A stretch of DNA of 64,000 nt from Bdellovibrionales bacterium (GTDB lineage: Bacteria; Patescibacteriota; JACMRA01), in contig JBILXY010000005.1 of the NCBI GenBank assembly GCA_044378055.1, positions 4,525 to 68,524 of the forward strand. Direction: 5' to 3'. The translations under genes and the position numbers were made by a program. Within the stretch, counting starts at the first letter, position 1; each line of letters begins with the position of its first letter. Below are positions 17,580 to 24,820 of the stretch, one piece after another. The notes below the pieces were generated by a model. It searched no databases. It was given only the letters and a program-made list of their open reading frames with translations, and was not told the origin of the DNA.

Positions 17580-18140
17580 TTAAATATCTTCAATCCACTC
17601 CACCAACACACTCCTAACCCCCTCCAAATTCTCCAAAACCTCCTCATTAGTAAATCTTAAAACCTTAATCCCGCATCCTTTCAAAAAATCGTCTCTAACT
17701 TTATCATAACCTAGTTTTTCATTATGGCTTTCTCCGTCTATTTCAATTGCCATCAACAATTCCGCACAGTAAAAATCTAAAATATAATTATCTATAATTT
17801 TTTGTTTTATAAATTTATAACCACTTAATTTCTTTTCAGACAAAACTTCAAACCAAATTTTTTGCTCGGCTTTGGTCATAAACCTAGACATTTTTTTAGA
17901 TCGATCTAAAAGTTTTGGGTTGTAATTAATTCTTTTGAACGGAGATTGGATTTCTGGTTGAATATTCTTAATATTGGTGTTGGCTACCCCCAAGCCACCC
18001 CCAGAGTTTTGCAAACTCTGACCCCTTACCAGGGGTACTTTTGACCTAGTTTCACTCAAAGTACCCCTATCTAGGGGTGAAACCAAAGGTTTCGGGGTAG
18101 TGGGTGTAGTACGCCTCTTAAACCTATCCAACTTACCCAT
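17580..18140 (-). CDS. DUF559 (Vsr-like / PD-(D/E)xK) endonuclease domain protein with a repeat-encoded N-terminus
   Basis: C-terminus NYNPKLLDRSKKMSRFMTKAEQKIWFEVL...YKFIKQKIIDNYILDFYC...AIEIDGESH...RDDFLKGCGIKVLRF matches DUF559. ATG at 18140 (TTG at 18146 is also possible), 10 nt after the thrS stop. Confidence 0.8.
   Translation of the reverse strand: MGKLDRFKRRTTPTTPKPLVSPLDRGTLSETRSKVPLVRGQSLQNSGGGLGVANTNIKNIQPEIQSPFKRINYNPKLLDRSKKMSRFMTKAEQKIWFEVLSEKKLSGYKFIKQKIIDNYILDFYCAELLMAIEIDGESHNEKLGYDKVRDDFLKGCGIKVLRFTNEEVLENLEGVRSVLVEWIEDI
17982..18106 (-). repeat. GC-rich multi-hairpin element, family 1, copy C (inverted, most complete)
   Basis: The reverse complement reads GAAACC-TTT-GGTTTC, CCCCTAGATAGGGG, AGTGAAAC, GTACCCCTGGTAAGGGGT (18021-18038), CAGAGTTT-GCA-AAACTCTG, GGGGTGGC, TTGGGGGTAGCC. 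It lies inside the 5' part of the DUF559 ORF. Confidence 0.9.
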
Positions 18141-18150
18141 AAACAAGACC

Positions 18151-20013
18151 TTACAACCCCTTCAAAAACTCACCCAATCCCTCCAACCCAACCTTACTCT
18201 CTCCTTCCTGTGTTCTTACAGAAACCTGCCCTTCGGCAATATCCTTCGGCCCAACGATTATCAACACTGGGATTTTTTGCATTTCGGCTTCTCTAATTTT
18301 TTTACCTAGGGATTCTGAACGGTCATCAACTTCAAACCTAATTTCGTTGTATTTTAAAGGTTTCATAAGCACTGTTTCGTCCAAAATTTCCTTTACTTTT
18401 TCAACATATTCCAAAGTTTCAGGCTGAGTATTAATAGTTAAAATTTTAACCTGGGTTGGGGCTAACCAAAACGGGAATCGTCCACCGAAGTGATCTATAA
18501 TAACACCCATAAATCTTTCTGAAGAACCGGCTATTGCTCTATGAATTACAACTGGTCTTTCTTTTTCGCCAGCTTCATTTATGAATTCTAAACTGAATCT
18601 TTCTGGTAAGTTAAAATCGCATTGAATTGTGGCAAGCTGCCATTCTCTTCCCAAGGCATCTTTGAACATGAAATCTAATTTAGGACCATAAAATGCAGCC
18701 TCTCCTTCAACCCGTTTATAGTTAAGATTATTAAGCTTTGCCGCTTCTTCCAAAGCATTTTCCGCAGTGTTCCAAGCCTCGTTAGAACCAAGATATTGAT
18801 CCAAATCATTCATATCTCTTACCGACAGAGAAACCCAGCTTGATTCCATTCCAACAGTTTCGTAAAACGAACGGATTATTTCAACGATTGTACTTACTTC
18901 GTCTTTTATCTGAGTAATGCGGCAGAATAAATGTCCATCATCTTGTGTGATTGAGCGGACTCTTGTAAAACCAGATAATTGCCCTGGCTTTTCATCACGG
19001 TAAACTGTGGCATGTTCAAAGTAACGCACCGGCATATCGCGGTAGCTAAATTGGTTATCTGCAAAAAGCTGCATATGATGAGGGCAGTTCATCGGCTTCA
19101 TAAAGAAATTATCTGATTTACCTTGCACACGGAAAAGCTCATCTCCAAATTTAGCAGCATGCCCAGAAGTTATATACAATTCTTCCTTGGCAATATGCGG
19201 TGTCCAAACCCTTTTGTAACCTCTGCAGCGATGTAATTGCCATAAATAATCTTGAATATTTTGACGAATGATCATTCCATTTGGCTGGAAAAGTGGTAAG
19301 CCAGCCCCAACCAATTCACTAATTGTATAATATTTTTGGGTTTCGTTTAAAACTCTATGATCCCGTTTCTTAGCTTCTTCCCTAGCATCTTGGAACTCGG
19401 TTAATTCATCTTTTGTTTCAAAAACCAAGGCGTAAATTCTTTGCATTCTAATATCTCTTTCTTGGTCACCACGCCAGTAAGAAGCAGAAAATTTATCTAG
19501 GGCAAAGCCAGCATGTTTTAACTCTTTTACATGCTCAATATGTGGCCCTTTGCACAAATCTTCAAACACAATTTCCCCAGTGCTTTCATTCACCAAACGG
19601 TAGATAGTAATTTTCAATTCCCCCATTAAACTTTCTGATAGTTCAAAGTTTTCTTTTTCTTCCACACTCATGCTTGTTGTACCCCTGGTTCTAAGGTCAT
19701 TTAAAAGTTCAACTTTAAGCGGTTGATTGTTCTTTTCAAAAAGCTCTATTGCCTCAATAATACTAACTTCTTGAACTTTAAAAGCTAAGTGTTGCTTTAA
19801 CATTTCCCTCATTTTTTCCTCTAATAAAGGTAAGTCTTCTGGAATTAAAGTTCGTGGTAAAATAAAGTCGTAGTAACAACCGTTTTCAATAACAGGCCCA
19901 ACGCCGTATTGAGCTTCTGGGAACATTTGACCAACAGCTGCAGCCATAATGTGGGCCATAGAATGACGCTTTGTATCAAGGGAAAGGTTTTGTGAGTTCG
20001 GGGAAAGTGACAT
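18151..20013 (-). CDS. thrS: Threonine--tRNA ligase (no N-terminal TGS domain)
   Basis: HSMAHIMAAAV (editing-domain HxxxH), CKGPH, YWRGD, EEAKKRDHRVL, class II motifs (FRVQGKS..., RVRSITQDDGHLF, GSSERF) and a C-terminal anticodon-binding domain. Confidence 0.95.
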   Translation of the reverse strand: MSLSPNSQNLSLDTKRHSMAHIMAAAVGQMFPEAQYGVGPVIENGCYYDFILPRTLIPEDLPLLEEKMREMLKQHLAFKVQEVSIIEAIELFEKNNQPLKVELLNDLRTRGTTSMSVEEKENFELSESLMGELKITIYRLVNESTGEIVFEDLCKGPHIEHVKELKHAGFALDKFSASYWRGDQERDIRMQRIYALVFETKDELTEFQDAREEAKKRDHRVLNETQKYYTISELVGAGLPLFQPNGMIIRQNIQDYLWQLHRCRGYKRVWTPHIAKEELYITSGHAAKFGDELFRVQGKSDNFFMKPMNCPHHMQLFADNQFSYRDMPVRYFEHATVYRDEKPGQLSGFTRVRSITQDDGHLFCRITQIKDEVSTIVEIIRSFYETVGMESSWVSLSVRDMNDLDQYLGSNEAWNTAENALEEAAKLNNLNYKRVEGEAAFYGPKLDFMFKDALGREWQLATIQCDFNLPERFSLEFINEAGEKERPVVIHRAIAGSSERFMGVIIDHFGGRFPFWLAPTQVKILTINTQPETLEYVEKVKEILDETVLMKPLKYNEIRFEVDDRSESLGKKIREAEMQKIPVLIIVGPKDIAEGQVSVRTQEGESKVGLEGLGEFLKGL

Positions 20014-20096
20014 AGGTTTTTAATGTATAATTTTAAATTTTTAAGCAATTTTTAATGAAGAAATTTTTAAGACTTTTTTATTTTTTAAATTAAACT

Positions 20097-20121
20097 CGTA
20101 GGGGAATGCCTACGGCTTCCC
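20097..20121 (-). repeat. GC-rich hairpin with a CTACG tail (family 2-like) in the thrS upstream region
   Basis: The minus strand reads GGGAA-GCCGTAGGCA-TTCCC-CTACG. An alternative hairpin CGTAGG-CATTCC-CCTACG overlaps it. Confidence 0.6.
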
Positions 20122-20175
20122 AAAAATTAAACCTTAAACATTTTCTTCATTTTATTTAGTATTTATAATTTGTGT

Positions 20176-20203
20176 GCAAACAAAAACTCCCATTTCTGGG
20201 AGT
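20176..20203 (-). terminator. Intrinsic terminator (minus strand)
   Basis: The minus strand reads ACTCCCA-GAA-ATGGGAGT followed by TTTTTGTTTG. Confidence 0.7.
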
Positions 20204-20212
20204 AAGATTATT

Positions 20213-20249
20213 TCGTAAAACAAAACTACTCCCGTATTTGGGCTGTAGT
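20213..20249 (-). terminator. Intrinsic terminator (minus strand), near-duplicate of the previous one
   Basis: The minus strand reads ACTAC-AG-CCC-AAATAC-GGG-A-GTAGT followed by TTTTGTTTTAC. Confidence 0.55.
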
Positions 20250-20387
20250 TGTGGTAGTTACAAAAATTTGCATATTTTTATTTTAAGCCAAGCTTGATTT
20301 AATGTCAAAAAAATATAACTTTACACTAATTTCAAAATACAATTAAATTACAGAGTAATTGAAGTTACAAAAAAATTTGGAGAATAC

Positions 20388-20549
20388 ATGGCAATTAAAA
20401 CTATAGTAACCTTCCCTGATAAAACTAGGGAGCCTGGCGAAGAATTTGAAACTTTGAATGAAGCATTAAAATATGTGGCTAAACTAAATAAAAATATGTT
20501 TTTTGAAGGCAAGCCGATCAAAAGTGCTAAAGTTGATTTAGAAACTTAA
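20388..20549 (+). CDS. Possible small protein (53 aa), below the ORF-track cutoff
   Basis: GGAG lies 7 nt before the ATG. Translation: MAIKTIVTFPDKTREPGEEFETLNEALKYVAKLNKNMFFEGKPIKSAKVDLET. Confidence 0.3.
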   Translation: MAIKTIVTFPDKTREPGEEFETLNEALKYVAKLNKNMFFEGKPIKSAKVDLET

Positions 20550-21445
20550 TTATTAGCCCTATTCTTCTCGGCCTCCAAAGCTGATAATCCAAGTTTTATA
20601 CTAGCAGTGAAAATCTGCTTTTTTCTATCTTCGGAAGCATACGGCTCTTCTTTTAATTGATCAATCGCTAGTCTTATAATATCTGCTTTCTGTCCTTTTT
20701 CAAGAGAATCTATTGTTAGTGGGTCATTAGCATATAGACTTAGGAAGTCATATATTATATTTACATTATTTGCCGAGGCTTCTAAAGCTTGATCAAATGT
20801 TAATTCCAAATCAGTAAGATTCAGTTCAAAATATGATTTCAATTGCTCTTTAGTTCTATTTAAAGGCTCTGTTATTTCTTTACTTAATCTTTGAGCGTCT
20901 TTATAAAGAGGATATAGTTCACTAGCATGTGTTTTTACCAAATTTGAATCAAGCAAATTCAGTTTTTCACTATCATTATTTTCCAAAGCAGTTAAAACAA
21001 TTTCCTGTAAATTTTTTGCTGTGTTATCTTTACCGTCTAAAGTTTGTATTTTTCTAATTAATTCTTGAACTTGAGAGTTCAATAGAGAATAAGTAAAATC
21101 TTTACCTTCGCTAAATAAATCATGCTCTTCTATCTGCTCATCTAAAGCTCTTATCATATTATCACTATTTTCCTCAAGGTTTTGGCTGGAAATTGCCTCG
21201 TTTATTTTATTGATTAATTCTTTTTTCTCTTCTACAGAAAGCAAATTTAAATACCTGGTTCTATCTTCTTTTTTTATGGCAAAAGTGTCTGGCGCTGCAT
21301 TAACCATTTTTCCAAGTTTAGCTATTTCAACTATCGGGTTAATTTCTACTCCCGAATTAGCGTAAGCTCTTTCCATTTCCTCCCTAGCCTTGGGAAGTTC
21401 TCTTTGGGGAATTTGTTGTTTAGGTCTATCCAGTATATCAGGCAT
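20546..21445 (-). CDS. Hypothetical acidic, all-helical protein (299 aa)
   Basis: ORF only. No signal peptide or TM helix. E/K/L-rich. Confidence 0.5.
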   Translation of the reverse strand: MPDILDRPKQQIPQRELPKAREEMERAYANSGVEINPIVEIAKLGKMVNAAPDTFAIKKEDRTRYLNLLSVEEKKELINKINEAISSQNLEENSDNMIRALDEQIEEHDLFSEGKDFTYSLLNSQVQELIRKIQTLDGKDNTAKNLQEIVLTALENNDSEKLNLLDSNLVKTHASELYPLYKDAQRLSKEITEPLNRTKEQLKSYFELNLTDLELTFDQALEASANNVNIIYDFLSLYANDPLTIDSLEKGQKADIIRLAIDQLKEEPYASEDRKKQIFTASIKLGLSALEAEKNRANN

Positions 21446-21541
21446 TTTGTTTTTGTTTTGAAAATTTTAACAGACTATTTGTTAAATAGCAATAATAAGT
21501 ATGTCTGATTGATTATGTAAAAACTAGTTGATGAATTAAAC

Positions 21542-22279
21542 CTATTTATTTTGAGAATCTTTCGTTGGGAATTGTGTAATTTTTTCTTCTATATAATCAA
21601 TTGTTTCTTCTAGACTACCATGCTCATTTATTAACTGAATAAAATGAGTTTTACCAAAAATTTCAGGATTATCTTTAACTAATTTACTCATCTCCACTAT
21701 GTCTGTGTTATAGATTAAATTGGCTGCATTTCTTGCGCTTTCATATGCATAACTATCTTTTTTTTCTAACTTTTCTAAAAGACTTGTTTTTAATTTTGAA
21801 AAAGTAGCTGTTACTGATTGGATATCAATATTTTTTACTTTTTTTACATTTCTTGTCTTAACAAATGGAATTAATTTAAGACACATACTCATTAGATCAT
21901 CATTAATATCTATCATTTCTAGAACCTGATCAACCATCTCGGCAGTTATTTCTTGCCTAACATCTGTATTTGAGGTATTCATTTCAGCTATCTTTAGTGC
22001 AGAAGCTTGAAGCAGATGTGAAAAAGTATTATCATTTTGAAATTTATTAAATATTGCTTGTGAATGTTCATTGCAATTTGGAATCATTTCTTCGATTGCA
22101 GCGAATCTTGCAACGGCCTCCTTTTCTTTTTGCTCTGCTTTTTCACGAATTTCTCTTGACTTTTGTCGTTTTGATTCTTGCATGGCTTCTGCAGATAAAA
22201 CATCCCTAGAATTTTCTTCTTGGCCAATTGAAGAAGGGGCGCGTTTTAATAAAGTTGGGTTATGTGCTGATTCAGACAT
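21542..22279 (-). CDS. Hypothetical acidic, all-helical protein (245 aa)
   Basis: ORF only, with a charged coiled-coil-like N-terminal third. Confidence 0.5.
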   Translation of the reverse strand: MSESAHNPTLLKRAPSSIGQEENSRDVLSAEAMQESKRQKSREIREKAEQKEKEAVARFAAIEEMIPNCNEHSQAIFNKFQNDNTFSHLLQASALKIAEMNTSNTDVRQEITAEMVDQVLEMIDINDDLMSMCLKLIPFVKTRNVKKVKNIDIQSVTATFSKLKTSLLEKLEKKDSYAYESARNAANLIYNTDIVEMSKLVKDNPEIFGKTHFIQLINEHGSLEETIDYIEEKITQFPTKDSQNK

Positions 22280-22383
22280 ATTTTTTATTTTTTTGACATA
22301 TTATACATCACAAACTGCTTTTAAGCAATTTAAACAAAGTCAGCTTGCCGTCATTTTAATTTGTTATAATATAAATACAAACT

Positions 22384-23058
22384 ATGTCTCATATTCTAAT
22401 AATTGAGGATGAAGAAAGAATGGCCGCCACTTTAAGGAAAGGCTTGGAAAAAGAGGACTTTAAAGTAAGCATTATTAGCAACGGCCTGGCAGCCAGAGTA
22501 ACAAATATAACTAACTACGATTTAGTTCTTTTAGATTGGATGCTTCCAGGGGTTTCTGGAATTGATTTGCTTCACCATTGGCGTAAACTTAAGTATTCTA
22601 CACCAATTATAATGTTAACCGCCAGAGATGGGCTTACCGATACTGTAACCGGGCTAGATTTTGGTGCCGACGATTATATTTCCAAGTTTTTTAAATGGCC
22701 TGAATTAATTGCTAGAATAAATTCTTTATTAAGAAGAACTAGGACTGAAGCAAACCTTGTAAAGGGTATTGAATTCGACAGAACTAACCAAATATTTTTA
22801 GAAGATAGCATTCCAGTAAATTTAACTGCAACAGAATTCAACATTCTAAAATACTTTTTTGATCATCCAAACGCTTTAATTACTAGAACAAGTTTACTTC
22901 TTTCAGTCTATCAAGATTCCAAAGAAACCTTTTCAAATGTAATTGAAAGACATATCAAATCAATAAGACAAAAATTTAATTATGACCCTATTTCAACAAT
23001 TCGCGGACTCGGTTACAGGCTACGGTCTTCCAGCTCAGTTCAAAGCCACAAGGATTAA
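22384..23058 (+). CDS. OmpR-family response regulator
   Basis: ILIIEDEERM...DLVLLDWMLPGVSGIDLL...PIIMLTAR (receiver) plus the winged-helix region LTATEFNILKYF...IRGLGYRL. Confidence 0.9.
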   Translation: MSHILIIEDEERMAATLRKGLEKEDFKVSIISNGLAARVTNITNYDLVLLDWMLPGVSGIDLLHHWRKLKYSTPIIMLTARDGLTDTVTGLDFGADDYISKFFKWPELIARINSLLRRTRTEANLVKGIEFDRTNQIFLEDSIPVNLTATEFNILKYFFDHPNALITRTSLLLSVYQDSKETFSNVIERHIKSIRQKFNYDPISTIRGLGYRLRSSSSVQSHKD

Positions 23059-23923
23059 ACTAACTTTCATAGTTTTTATTCTATTAAGCATTCTCTTAAT
23101 TTTAGGAGGTCTAAATTATTATGATAACAGCAGGCAAGGTTTAGAAAATTTAAGAAACCAAATTGATATTCAAATTGATAAAGAAAGACCAAGACTTAGA
23201 AATCAAATTGATCTGATTGAAGAAAGCAGAATTAAAGCCCTAGGAAGAATTCAGTTTCAAATTATTCTTAACAATCTTTTGTTGGTTTTAGTTTTGTGCG
23301 TACTAACCTGGGAAGCCCTATATTTCTTACTTTTACCTCTTGCAAAAGCCACCAAGGCAAGGGAGGATTTCTTAATCAGGGCAAGCCATGAACTGCGAAC
23401 ACCTCTGGCCATTCTTCATTCAGAAATTAGCTTATCTTTAACAGAAAAAGATTACAATAAATTAATAAAAATTAACCAAGAATCATTGCTGGAAATTGAA
23501 AGACTGCAAACATTAAGTGATACTTTACTGGGTCGAAATATTCCTAAATCAAGTAAAGTTAATGTTGAAAAATTAGTTTCAGATATTTGGGAGAATTTGG
23601 AAAGCATAAATTCAAAGGAGATTAAATTGAGCATTCTTTCTAAAAAAAGTTTATACATTACCACCGACTCAATCAAATTTTACCAGTTAATATTTAGCAT
23701 TCTTGAAAATATTATTAAACATGGAAAAGTCAATACTTTATGTTCAGTTTTTATTGATAATAATATTGTTTTTGAAAATGAAACTAATCAAAATAATTAT
23801 TCAGCTGGAACAGGGATGAGTATAATGCAAAGTTTAGCCCAAGATTTAAATTTTGATTTTACTTGGGAAAACAATGGAAATATTCACAAAACCGTTTTAA
23901 TATTAAAAACTCAGCGTGATTAA
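22982..23923 (+). CDS. Sensor histidine kinase (short, with a degenerate ATP-binding domain)
   Basis: H-box FLIRASHELRTPLAIL and two TM helices. The only canonical start overlaps the regulator gene by 77 nt. Confidence 0.7.
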   Translation: MTLFQQFADSVTGYGLPAQFKATRIKLTFIVFILLSILLILGGLNYYDNSRQGLENLRNQIDIQIDKERPRLRNQIDLIEESRIKALGRIQFQIILNNLLLVLVLCVLTWEALYFLLLPLAKATKAREDFLIRASHELRTPLAILHSEISLSLTEKDYNKLIKINQESLLEIERLQTLSDTLLGRNIPKSSKVNVEKLVSDIWENLESINSKEIKLSILSKKSLYITTDSIKFYQLIFSILENIIKHGKVNTLCSVFIDNNIVFENETNQNNYSAGTGMSIMQSLAQDLNFDFTWENNGNIHKTVLILKTQRD

Positions 23924-24780
23924 ACAGTTGGTAGAAAAATAATTAATAAAACCCCAGCTATCATAAAACAGCCTGCTATTAATTTTTGGTAGAATCTATC
24001 TTCATTCCAGATAAACTTTCCATAAACAATGTTCAGCAAGGTATCCATTCTTCTTACAGCGCCAACATAAGCTGGTTGAGAAACCAAAGCCACTGAATTA
24101 AATTCACCAACCCAAGTGAAGAAAGATAAGGAAGTAAGCCACAAATTTGTATCTTTAAAAATTTCTTTTTTCGGAAATTTAGTTCCTAAAATTACAATAT
24201 CAACCAACATTAAAACAACAGTAATAATTAGGTTTACAGCGGAAACAAAACCTAGAATACTCGAGCTTCGTATTCCAACCACAAATCCAACACTTCCAAA
24301 ACTCCAGATTAAAGCAACCAACAAAGCTAAAGTTGAACCTAAACTAAATTTAATATTAATACCTTTTTTGTTTATTTTAGCATGGGCCAGAATTGATCCA
24401 AAAACAATTAAAATAACTCCGATTAATCCATTAGTATTGAATGGTGAATTTAAGAATACAATATTAATAAAATATGAAAAAGCAGGACCCAAGGAAAGCA
24501 TTGGTACTACTATGGAAAGATCTTCAATTTTTAAGGCGTAAATGAGCAATAAATTTCCAACTATTTCCAAAAGAATTGTACCCATTAATAGCCACAGAAA
24601 ATCTCCGTTCAAACTTGGCAGACCAAACCAGAATATAAAAAATAAATAAACTGGAATAGCAAGCAACCCAGGCATCCACAAAATAGTTATAGGACTTAAT
24701 CTTGAAGAAAGTTCTTTACGGATTGGAGAAACTAAAGAAGAACAAAAGCCGGAAAAAACTGCGTACCAAAACCAAAGCAT
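23920..24780 (-). CDS. EamA/DMT-family transporter
   Basis: About 10 TM helices arranged as two EamA-like halves. 286 aa. Confidence 0.7.
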   Translation of the reverse strand: MLWFWYAVFSGFCSSLVSPIRKELSSRLSPITILWMPGLLAIPVYLFFIFWFGLPSLNGDFLWLLMGTILLEIVGNLLLIYALKIEDLSIVVPMLSLGPAFSYFINIVFLNSPFNTNGLIGVILIVFGSILAHAKINKKGINIKFSLGSTLALLVALIWSFGSVGFVVGIRSSSILGFVSAVNLIITVVLMLVDIVILGTKFPKKEIFKDTNLWLTSLSFFTWVGEFNSVALVSQPAYVGAVRRMDTLLNIVYGKFIWNEDRFYQKLIAGCFMIAGVLLIIFLPTV

Positions 24781-24820
24781 TTTATTAGCTTAGTTTTAAA
24801 AGAAAATCTGGTCAAAGCAT

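Noticed and set aside
20014-20180. T-box riboswitch or tRNA-mimic operator upstream of thrS
   Set aside because: No T-box consensus (AANNNGGGTGGTACCGCG-like) and no specifier-loop architecture is visible on the thrS-sense strand. Only the small alternative hairpin reported separately is present.
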